The notes beneath the pieces were generated by a model that had not been told where the DNA came from, did no database searches, and saw only the letters and a list, made by a program, of their open reading frames with translations. A program made the translations under genes and the position numbers. From an archaeon (lineage in GTDB: Archaea > Thermoproteota > Nitrososphaeria > Conexivisphaerales > UBA164), in the NCBI GenBank assembly GCA_021792955.1, contig JAJYTP010000001.1, positions 3,044 to 67,043 of the forward strand: DNA of 64,000 nucleotides, read 5' to 3'. Positions within the stretch are counted from its first letter, which is position 1; each line of letters opens with the position of its first letter. Shown piece after piece: positions 56,040-64,000 of the stretch.

Positions 56040-56830
56040 GGTGAACACGAAGTAGCTAGGAAGCTCGGGGTGTTGCAGGCAGCCGTAAGCAAGTGGCACA
56101 GCGCATATAGGGATGGTAGAGGTTATGATGCACTCAGGAGCAGGGCCACACAGGCCGCCCTTCTAAGCTGGACGATGGACGGCTGCGGGACCTGCCTTCT
56201 ATCCTGTTAAAGGGCGCTGAGCAGTACGGCTTCTCCACGGACATGTGGACGGGTGAGAGGGTGTCAAGGGTTATGGAGGAGGCATACGTGGGTGCGCTAT
56301 TCACCGTCTCAGGTCGTAAGGATACTCCATTCTCCCAACTTCTCCTGGCAGAAGCCAGAGGGGGTCGCCAGGGAACATGACGAAGAGAAGGTGAGGGAAT
56401 GGGTTAAGGACGAACTGCCAAAGATAAAAAAAAGCTGGATGAAACCGACGGCCTCCTCCTGATAGAGGATGAAACGGGCTCTCCATGATCTCTCTCATGG
56501 GCCGGACATGGGCGCCGGTCGGGAAAACACCCACAATGGAGTACAACTTCAACTGGAAGAGGCTAGCTGCCATGGGTGGAATAACGCTGGAGGGAAGAAT
56601 ATACTCCAGGGTCCATAACGTAACCATCAGGCAGGAGCAGGTAATGGATTACCTCGTACAGCTGTAAAAAACATATAAGAAATCGGCACGTTGTCCTCCT
56701 GTGGGATGGATCCCCAACTCACATGGCGAAAGCGGTGTTCTCCGAGGTATGGGAGTACGCTTACCTATCCCTCGGCAGGATGTATAAGAGGTGGCATCAG
56801 AAGGAGCATACAGGAAAATAAAGGAGTATA
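56040..56830 (+). mobile_element. IS630-family transposase remnant with several frameshifts and stops and a truncated DDE domain
   Basis: The pieces lie in three frames. They are AAVSKWHSAYRDG..YDAL, GRPSKLDDGRLRDL..LLKGAEQYGFSTDMWTGERV, VRYSPSQVVRILH..FSWQKPEGVAREHDEEKVREW, and DETGSPMISLMGRTWAPVGKTPT. Confidence 0.7.
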
Positions 56831-56974
56831 ATAAGCGCAGGAATTTCAGTCCTCAATATATGGATTAACCCTGTTCCTTACATAGTGGCACGATGAACAT
56901 CATCGGTGAGCGTAGTGCGGGAAGCCTGCACGTTCGACGAGGGGCCGCAGAGTAAGACCTGCGGTCTACTCTAT

Positions 56975-58231
56975 CTATGTGTAGTTTGGATATGGTGGGA
57001 TAATGATTTTTGAGGTAGCAAGATTTGAAGGATACACGGTGTATAATGTGCCATTTTGCCATTGGACAATTACAGGTTCAGCATCAACATTAGTTCCAAT
57101 AGAGTTAAAATGTATCTCATTTTCTGGTAAAATTCCTCCTGGGAATGTTGATGTGTGTAATGTTTCATCTATAGTAACTGGATTTGCTGAATGAGCAAGA
57201 TTTATTGCATCAGCTATCACTATAACTGCTTGATAATAAGCCCCCGCTGCTTCTGGCATAAAATAACCATATTTTTGTTCATATTGCGCGTTAACTTGCA
57301 TAGCCAAGGATTTGTTTTCATAAGCGTTATATGCTGCAGCAGTAAAGATAAGATTAGAGTAGTTACCCACTTGACTATAAAATTGGGGTAATGGAAAGCC
57401 ACCAGATCCACCTATAATAGGGATGTTTAACCCTGCTTGGCGTAGCCCTTCTACTATTAACGTTGAATCATTTAGGTATGATGCTTCCAATATTATTTGT
57501 GGTTTTGCTGCTTGGACCGCTTCTACTATTGGCCCTGCACTAGTAAAATTACTTGTAGAATATGGATCAACTGAAACTACTTGATAAAAGGGATTACTAC
57601 TCACATCTGCTTGTACTGCTTGAGCTACTCCAGCGCCATAAGCGTCATTATCATATATAATAGCTACCCTTGATGCATTAAACCCCATTGATTTCAACGT
57701 TAAAAGAAAATTGTACATTGTGTTTCCAAATACTGTTGCATTAGGTGCTATTCTGAATCCGTAGGTATAATTTAATGAAGTCGCAATATTGGAAAAAGCT
57801 ACAAATATTAAAGGAATTTGGTATTTTTGGAAAAGTGGTAAAACAGGTAGAGTTAATCCACTAGAATAAAGCCCAACGGCCGCAGATATATTTTTATGCG
57901 TTGAAAGAAAGTTCTGAACTATGCTGTAAGCTTGGGTGGAGGAGCTTGTAGTATCAACAGAAATTATAGTTATGTTTGCCCCCTTTAATCCCCCGTAATT
58001 GTTAATATTTTGTGCCGCAAGTTCTGCAGCTTGTAAGCAAGTTATTCCAAAATATGATAAGGAACCACTAAGTGGAAAGAAAGCTGCCACATAGACAGTT
58101 TTAATTGGTTTGGGCGCAGTGACACTTTTGTAATAATATCCACCACCTATTGTCGCAACGACAATTACTATTATTACAACTACAACTACAGTAATTTTAG
58201 AAATAGACCTGTGGCGATTTTTTTGGTACAT
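56975..58231 (-). CDS. ABC-transporter substrate-binding protein, LivJ/LivK (branched-chain amino acid) type, N-terminally membrane-anchored
   Basis: The TM anchor is ITVVVVVIIVIVVATIGGG. VYVAAFFPLSGSLSYFGITCLQAAELAAQNIN matches the type-1 periplasmic binding protein family. It is visibly AT-richer than its neighbours. Confidence 0.7.
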   Translation of the reverse strand: MYQKNRHRSISKITVVVVVIIVIVVATIGGGYYYKSVTAPKPIKTVYVAAFFPLSGSLSYFGITCLQAAELAAQNINNYGGLKGANITIISVDTTSSSTQAYSIVQNFLSTHKNISAAVGLYSSGLTLPVLPLFQKYQIPLIFVAFSNIATSLNYTYGFRIAPNATVFGNTMYNFLLTLKSMGFNASRVAIIYDNDAYGAGVAQAVQADVSSNPFYQVVSVDPYSTSNFTSAGPIVEAVQAAKPQIILEASYLNDSTLIVEGLRQAGLNIPIIGGSGGFPLPQFYSQVGNYSNLIFTAAAYNAYENKSLAMQVNAQYEQKYGYFMPEAAGAYYQAVIVIADAINLAHSANPVTIDETLHTSTFPGGILPENEIHFNSIGTNVDAEPVIVQWQNGTLYTVYPSNLATSKIIIPPYPNYT

Positions 58232-58374
58232 TATTTAATATTTTAAATATTGTATAATTTAAGTATATCGCTATTCGTGAGGGTGGGACACTATTTTAGC
58301 ATGCTCATCTATCAAAATTAAATAAATTGTGTCACAGGCCGATGCAAAACAGCGCACCATACCCTAGAAGAGGA

Positions 58375-58450
58375 TGCTCCGGGCGGGATTTGAACCCGCG
58401 ATCAACGGCTCGAAAGGCCGCTATGCTTAACCGAGCTACACCACCGGAGC
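58375..58450 (-). tRNA. tRNA-Glu (anticodon TTC)
   Basis: The acceptor stem is gctccgg/ccggagc, the anticodon arm gcggc-CTTTCGA-gccgt, and the T arm gcggg-ttcaaat-cccgc. No CCA is encoded. Confidence 0.85.
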
Positions 58451-58567
58451 CCAACAATGCATAGGCGCTCTGGATGAGCGGATTCTGCATCATTCGTTGA
58501 TGGTTATGGGTGTATTTATAAATATTTTTCACATATGAACTGGATGATTAGCGTATAACCGCATTAG

Positions 58568-59044
58568 CTAATTGGATTGAATTAGATGATATACACCATC
58601 GTCCGAAACATTAAACATGCCTGAGTACACGCCCCAGTCGTTCATAAGGATTTCAAGATCATGCTTTCCACCGGGCCCTTCAAAATTCATTACACTCTGT
58701 TCAGAAAGCTTGGCCTTTAAACGGTCTATGTCAAATAGGGCTAGGGACGCGGCGGTTTTAAACGGTTCAATCAGGAAGAGGGACCCCCTGATGAGCTCCT
58801 TCCTCTTTTTAAGCGTGGACCTAATGAACTCCGTTCCCTTATCGGAAATTATTATGTCGCCATCCCCAATGGTGATGAACCCCAAATCGTCAGCTGCGTA
58901 GACTATGGGCATAAAATCATCGAGGTCCACTTCGAGCCTTTTTTCAAGCTCAAAGAGATCGGTCTTACCTGCGAATTCGTTTTGTAAAATGAACAGTAAA
59001 CCCAGCAGGTCGGCCACGCGGGTGCTAGAATGCATGACAGCCAA
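58568..59044 (-). CDS. Stand-alone AAA-associated C-terminal domain protein (the NitT/TauT ABC ATPase accessory domain)
   Basis: VADLLGLLFIL...GKTDLFELEKRLEVDLDDFMPIVYAADDLGFITIGDGDIIISDKGTEFI matches my memory of the AAA_assoc_C pattern. Confidence 0.5.
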   Translation of the reverse strand: MAVMHSSTRVADLLGLLFILQNEFAGKTDLFELEKRLEVDLDDFMPIVYAADDLGFITIGDGDIIISDKGTEFIRSTLKKRKELIRGSLFLIEPFKTAASLALFDIDRLKAKLSEQSVMNFEGPGGKHDLEILMNDWGVYSGMFNVSDDGVYHLIQSN

Positions 59045-59230
59045 TTTTATATAGGCCTTGTCAGTTCCTTTTTAAAAACTTTTATGAAATGACAGCCAAT
59101 CTCTTTGGTTTAAGACATTGATTTGCTGCTTGTAAGTATAAATGAATTAACCCTAAGGTCTATCTAGGCTCGAGTTTCCCAAAATGGGGGAAACCCATAA
59201 TTTAAGGATGGGCACATAAAAAACTGGCCG

Positions 59231-60661
59231 ATGATACAACTATTTAAAAGATCAAATCAGTCGATAGTGATGTTAGTGCTCCTAGTAGCAGGCTTTTCCC
59301 TAATAGGTACTACGATATCCACCTATGCTCAACAGCCTTCCCCCACCTTAATCTATGTGAGCGCCGGCGGCAGCAATACAAGTGGAAACGGCAGCATGGC
59401 AAACCCCTACGCAACAATCCAGTACGCGGTAAATGTTGCGCCGCCTCATGCGGTCATAATTGTTGAACCGGGGACATATAATGAAATGATAAACGTCACA
59501 AAACCACTGACCATCGAATCAGCATCGCTCCAGCCAGCAAACACTGTAATTAACGCGATAGGCCAGGTTTACGGCATTGAGATCATTGGCCAGAATGCCA
59601 GCGGGACGGTCATAGATGGTCTTACAGTTGAACACGCGAATAACCACGGGATATTTGTTCAGGATTCTTCGCATGTAACCATTGAGGATAACTACGTAAT
59701 ATACAACGGGCTTAATGCATCCCAAGGAATAGCAGAAAACAAGGGAGTAGAGCTGAGCGGGACTTCGTACAGCACTGCAGTTAACAATTTTGTGGCAAAC
59801 AACATGGCTGACGGTGGCATCGGGGTGAGTGACGAAGGGGCGATTAACCCTGGAGGGCTTTCCCCCGGCATCCCGGCTCCGGCACTGGGGAACATAATAA
59901 GCGGAAATGTGGTAACAGGAAATACAGTGGGATGCGGAATAGTGGTCGCTGCATACAACCCCGGTGAAGGTGTAATTGGAAACGTGGTGAGTAACAACCT
60001 GGTATACAATGGCCTTCCTGGTGGCATAGTCGTGGCAGCGGATGTGCCGGGAACCCTTGCGGCTAACAATACCGTATCTTACAACACCGTGCTGAACAAC
60101 CTGATCCCAGGCATTATAGTTCACAGCAATACTCCAGGGGATGTAGTAACTGGAACGCAGATCATAGGGAACACGATAAGCGGCAACGCTGGCTTCGGCC
60201 CGCAACCCACAGGCATAACCATAATAGGCAATATAAATGGGGCCACCATAGCTACTGATACGGTAATTTCAGGCAACATAATACACAATGAATTCTTTGG
60301 GGTCCTGGCGTTAAATGCGACCGGCACGCAGGTCTATTCAAACAACCTGTTCGATTCCACGGTCAATGTGCCCGTGCAGGGCGCTGCATTATCGTCAGTT
60401 ACCCTTGGTAGCCTATCGTCAGAGCAAAGCAGCCTTCAGTCATCATTAAGCTCTCTGCAATCGGCGCTTAATTCACTTCAGGGCTCCAATTCACAGCTGC
60501 AGTCGACGGTAAGCTCACTCCAATCTTCAGCGGCTACGACCAGCCAGGTCAACTCACTGTCAAGCAGCTTAGGAACTACAACAGATGTAGCTTACCTTTC
60601 TCTTATAGTGGCCTTGGTCCTTGGCATAATAGCAATTGCCCTAGCATTGAGAAGAAAGTGA
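59231..60661 (+). CDS. Surface protein: signal/anchor, right-handed beta-helix (PbH1/NosD-like) repeats, Ser/Leu/Gln heptad stalk, C-terminal TM anchor
   Basis: There are repeated G-x-(I/V)-x-GN-x-(I/V) turns, for example ISGNVVTGNTVGCGIVV, ISGNAGFG and ISGNIIHNEFFG. Five SSLQSxx heptads follow, then YLSLIVALVLGIIAIALALRRK. Confidence 0.65.
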   Translation: MIQLFKRSNQSIVMLVLLVAGFSLIGTTISTYAQQPSPTLIYVSAGGSNTSGNGSMANPYATIQYAVNVAPPHAVIIVEPGTYNEMINVTKPLTIESASLQPANTVINAIGQVYGIEIIGQNASGTVIDGLTVEHANNHGIFVQDSSHVTIEDNYVIYNGLNASQGIAENKGVELSGTSYSTAVNNFVANNMADGGIGVSDEGAINPGGLSPGIPAPALGNIISGNVVTGNTVGCGIVVAAYNPGEGVIGNVVSNNLVYNGLPGGIVVAADVPGTLAANNTVSYNTVLNNLIPGIIVHSNTPGDVVTGTQIIGNTISGNAGFGPQPTGITIIGNINGATIATDTVISGNIIHNEFFGVLALNATGTQVYSNNLFDSTVNVPVQGAALSSVTLGSLSSEQSSLQSSLSSLQSALNSLQGSNSQLQSTVSSLQSSAATTSQVNSLSSSLGTTTDVAYLSLIVALVLGIIAIALALRRK

Positions 60662-61010
60662 TAAAACTCCGATAATATTTTTTATTTTATTTTTAATACT
60701 TTTTTATTTTTATTGTGGTGATTTTTGATTTGAATAGTTCTTTCGCGGATAATTTCACAATAAGGGGGTCATTAAAGGTAGGCATACCCGCACTTGTTGT
60801 CCAGGCCCTGGCGGCCGCCTTGGCTTCTCACAGCTTTCTGCTGCCGGACCGCTTGCACGTTGGCAGCGGGCTTGCATGGACCGGAAAGGGCCTATGGCAA
60901 TGGCCGGCACGCGCTTGTGTGGTAAATATGCCATTGGTTTAGCCGCCGCCCAACAGCAAATACTGAGGTTGGGTTTCCCGATTATAGGTAAACGCGATGT
61001 TTAATCTTCC

Positions 61011-61571
61011 TTGCCAAATTTGTCCTGCATGGATGGGGCTAGACAGCTGCTATCTGATAGATGGTTCTCCTTCAACGTAATGAAGATAGACAGGGCAGTG
61101 ACCATAATTTTTGGGATTATATGGGCAATAGATGGACAGTTTAAATTCTGGCCCGGATTAATCCAGGCCTTTCCAGCGATGGTGGCTGCTGCGGCACAGG
61201 GCCAGCCCGCGTTTTTAAGCGGTTGGTTCAGCTTCTGGGTAGCCAGCGCCTCCGCTAATCCGGCCCTTATAGTCTATCTGAGCGGCCTGGCGGAACTCGC
61301 GCTTGCATTCTCATTGATAGCTGGGTTTATGAGAAAGCTGTCCTACGGCGTCGGGTTCCTTTTCAGCCTTATGATATGGATGGTCCCAGAGGGGTTCGGA
61401 GGCCCTTACGGCGTCGGATCCACTGATATTGGCACCGGGATAATATACGCGACCGTGTTCCTGTTCCTTGCTATCCTTAACGCCACACATGGGGGCGAGC
61501 CATATACTCTGGACGCAAAACTGGAAGGAAAAATCAAATGGTGGAAGTTGTTAGCTGAGATCAAATATTAA
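61011..61571 (+). CDS. DoxX-like integral membrane protein (TTG start)
   Basis: It has four hydrophobic helices. The PEGFGGPYGVGSTDIG loop resembles the DoxX-like family. Support is weak. Confidence 0.35.
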   Translation: MPNLSCMDGARQLLSDRWFSFNVMKIDRAVTIIFGIIWAIDGQFKFWPGLIQAFPAMVAAAAQGQPAFLSGWFSFWVASASANPALIVYLSGLAELALAFSLIAGFMRKLSYGVGFLFSLMIWMVPEGFGGPYGVGSTDIGTGIIYATVFLFLAILNATHGGEPYTLDAKLEGKIKWWKLLAEIKY

Positions 61572-61619
61572 TTAAACAAATCCTGCCTTAGCATAGCACT
61601 GGCACAGTGACTCTGAAGG

Positions 61620-64000
61620 CTATATTAACTGCCCACAGAACACTTCCCAGTTCCTGGTATCAACATTGTCCATGCAAATGGTAACCCGATCAGCTAGAGC
61701 CGCACACCCTATCTCGATCAGGAGCTCACGTGCCTTACTCAGATACCTGTATGCCTCCTTTGGTCGCCCCCTCATGGACTCCATGGCCCCCATCCAGGCT
61801 AGCACCCTTGTGCTTGATACCCTGTCGCCCGATAAAAATTCTCCGGCACGAGAAAAGTTCTCAGCGCTTTGGACGTATTTTCCTTCTGCGGTTAAAAGTA
61901 CTGCCTTTGCCAATTCAAATACCCCCAACACGTCCTTATCCTTGATCCCTTTGATGATGTTCGCAATCTCCAGCTGATCAGCATGGGCTTCCTTTAACAG
62001 GCCCTCCTTCGTGTACAGTATCATTCTTTCAGCAGATGCGTATGCCAGCATATATATAAAGCCTGAAGCCCTGTAACTATCTATGGCCATGTCGAGGTAA
62101 TGGTGCGCATCATTCAGCCTTCCTTCAATGGCCTCAAGGACATAAGCAATATGCAGGTCGCAGTAACCTAATAGAGATCTCAGCCCCTTACCTTTGAGGG
62201 TTTCGCGAACCTCCATCAGGTCGTGGAGCGCGGCGTCAAAATTCCCCTTGAGGAAACTTATATAATCAATGTTGAGCCTGTTGACGCAGTAGCCCCGTAC
62301 ATCATGATATTTGGCATCTATCTCCATGCTCTTTGACATCCCATCGAGCGCCTGCTCCAGCTTCCCCTCTTCAAGGTACGCCTCCGCCGTATTATATAGA
62401 ATTCTGGAGACCATCAGAGGCTCAAGCCCGGGCTCGTCGAGGGCCTGCTTATAGTAAGAATGAGCCGTCTGCAATTCGCCTAGCTCCTTAAATATAATGC
62501 CCAGGCTGTTAAGGGCCATAGCCCTTACCTTGCAATCCCCGTTTTCCTCGGCATACTTGAGGGAATTTAATAACAGTTCCTTGGCTAGATCCAGATCTCC
62601 GTCAAGTGACCTTACGGCGTACCCCTTTACCATGGATATCCAGCACAGCATGCGTCCGTCGCCCACGGCGGGTGCCCCCTGTAGGATGTTCAGCAATACA
62701 TTTCCATATCCTTCATCGATAAAGTAGGCATACTGTTTGAGTATTTCAATAACCATTTCGGAATCATTGGCCCTTATAAAATGATATAACGCTTCGATCC
62801 TATCAGGCGTGTCCCTTTTTCCTAAATAATAGCCCGCCGCCTTCCTGTGTAGCTCCGCGCTGGAGGATAGCATCTTATATGCAGCCTCCCTGATAAGGGG
62901 GTGAAGCTCGAATTCATCCCCGGTCATCGTAATGATCCCCAGCCTATCCATGGATAGCAGAAAGTTCAACACGGCGCCTCTTTTCACGCCTTCATTTACG
63001 GCGTTAACGGCGGGGATGGTTATACGGCCACGATACACTGAAATCGATAGCAGCGTTGAAAGCTGCTCTTCATGCAACTTATCGAAAATGGTCTCGCCTA
63101 TAAAATCGTTCACATCAGCGTCCCCAAACTCTGAAGCCAGGTCAAGCAACAGCGGGTGTCCTCCAAGTTTTCTTATGAGTTCCTGTGAAGGCGGCCGCCC
63201 TCTGGCTTTCATCAACTGCGCTGCGTCATCATCGTTAAGGCCATTTATTTTCAATTCCCTGGCATGCAATATGGGTATTCTGTTTCTCGAAGTGACAAGG
63301 GTTGTAATCGCATTGCTATTGGCCATCGCTTCCAGGAGGTCCATAATGCCCTTATCGCCATATCTATGAAAATCATCAAAGACCACCACCGCCCGGGTGG
63401 CCGACAGCTCGCTTATCGCCAGGTCTATCAGCGCCCTTTTATCCATCGCCTTCATATCTATGGCATCTAATAGGCGCCTGTGGCCCAGCTTATTCAGGAA
63501 AATTGCTAATTTGGAGATCAAATATAGAAGGCTGTCCACCTGCATAATTTGGTGCCAAAAGACTGGCGCATTGTCTAACATGTCGTCCGCGAACTTGGCT
63601 GCGATGGTCGTCTTGCCTATACCCGGTATACCCCATATTACTATGGCCCCTTTCATACCCCTTAGATATAGCAGTTCCTTTTCCCTGCCTACAAATTCTG
63701 GGACATTCGGTATCTCCGATCTGTAGAACGGAACGGCCAGGTCCAAGCTTTCCCGGGCATACCCCTTTAGCCTGACCTGTATTCCCTTTGGGTTGAACTC
63801 CAGAAGTATGTTGCGCGCATTAAAGTGATACTGTTTTACGTTCTTAAATCCGTCGACGGTCTCGATTCGTGCCCATTTATCGGTGAGCAGGCCCGCGGCC
63901 TTTAATTTTCCCAGCCTTTCTGAGATATGCGATTCCAGCATCCCAGTCAAGTGGGCCAATTGTCTGGGATATGATGGGCCTGTCTTCAAAAGACAAAGGA
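61620..64000 (-). CDS. wHTH - STAND/AAA P-loop NTPase - TPR repeat protein, N-terminus beyond the window edge
   Basis: The ArsR-like wHTH reads SYPRQLAHLTGMLESHISERLGKLKAAGLL. Walker A is GIPGIGKTT and Walker B is VVVFDDFH. The C-terminal 400 aa or so carry TPR-like A/Y/L repeats. The frame is open upstream of the TTG at 63989. Confidence 0.7.
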   Translation of the reverse strand, partial: LCLLKTGPSYPRQLAHLTGMLESHISERLGKLKAAGLLTDKWARIETVDGFKNVKQYHFNARNILLEFNPKGIQVRLKGYARESLDLAVPFYRSEIPNVPEFVGREKELLYLRGMKGAIVIWGIPGIGKTTIAAKFADDMLDNAPVFWHQIMQVDSLLYLISKLAIFLNKLGHRRLLDAIDMKAMDKRALIDLAISELSATRAVVVFDDFHRYGDKGIMDLLEAMANSNAITTLVTSRNRIPILHARELKINGLNDDDAAQLMKARGRPPSQELIRKLGGHPLLLDLASEFGDADVNDFIGETIFDKLHEEQLSTLLSISVYRGRITIPAVNAVNEGVKRGAVLNFLLSMDRLGIITMTGDEFELHPLIREAAYKMLSSSAELHRKAAGYYLGKRDTPDRIEALYHFIRANDSEMVIEILKQYAYFIDEGYGNVLLNILQGAPAVGDGRMLCWISMVKGYAVRSLDGDLDLAKELLLNSLKYAEENGDCKVRAMALNSLGIIFKELGELQTAHSYYKQALDEPGLEPLMVSRILYNTAEAYLEEGKLEQALDGMSKSMEIDAKYHDVRGYCVNRLNIDYISFLKGNFDAALHDLMEVRETLKGKGLRSLLGYCDLHIAYVLEAIEGRLNDAHHYLDMAIDSYRASGFIYMLAYASAERMILYTKEGLLKEAHADQLEIANIIKGIKDKDVLGVFELAKAVLLTAEGKYVQSAENFSRAGEFLSGDRVSSTRVLAWMGAMESMRGRPKEAYRYLSKARELLIEIGCAALADRVTICMDNVDTRNWEVFCGQLI

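Noticed and set aside
1-64000. CRISPR arrays
   Set aside because: I looked for regularly spaced 25-40 bp repeats. I found only short tandem or iteron motifs (2079-2194, 44718-47) and one pair of long direct repeats. Nothing has repeat-spacer periodicity.

Overview
This window is a chromosomal segment from a euryarchaeon, most likely of the Thermoplasmata type. The evidence is a stand-alone 5S rRNA gene with no linked 16S or 23S, a thermosome, AglB, PriS, aRF1, an L44e-S27e-aIF2alpha-Nop10 operon, and GGTGAT-type Shine-Dalgarno sequences. Most of it is housekeeping. That includes replication and translation genes, four tRNAs, and an 11-gene co-directional argG-argH-lysW-lysX/Y/Z/J-lrp-hcs-lysX2-lysK block for LysW-carrier arginine/lysine biosynthesis.

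The strongest hunt result is an 833-aa ORF at 32560-35061. By eye it aligns block by block with the PolD large subunit (DP2). It is much shorter than DP2, and all three catalytic aspartates of the NCDGDED motif are replaced, so it looks like a polymerase-dead DP2 paralog.

Other notable items:
- A 503-aa LAGLIDADG intein sits inside the aRF1 gene.
- Positions 830-6000 hold a degraded integrated-element or island region. It has 100-120 bp direct repeats duplicating the 3' end of a surface-protein gene, an N4/N6 methyltransferase with a convergent zinc-ribbon PD-ExK nuclease, GGTATAAC iterons, a truncated tyrosine integrase, a P-loop ATPase and an Xis-like HTH.
- The valS stop codon lies inside a same-strand tRNA-Thr gene.
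- A frameshifted IS630 remnant lies next to an AT-rich orphan solute-binding protein and tRNA-Glu.
- An ATP-cone/nuclease fusion and a wHTH-STAND-TPR ATPase are also present.

No CRISPR array was seen. Four real genes shorter than 60 aa are missing from the ORF track and were found by hand translation: lysW, nop10, sec61-beta and the Xis-like HTH. All homology statements rest on motif recognition from memory, not on searches.
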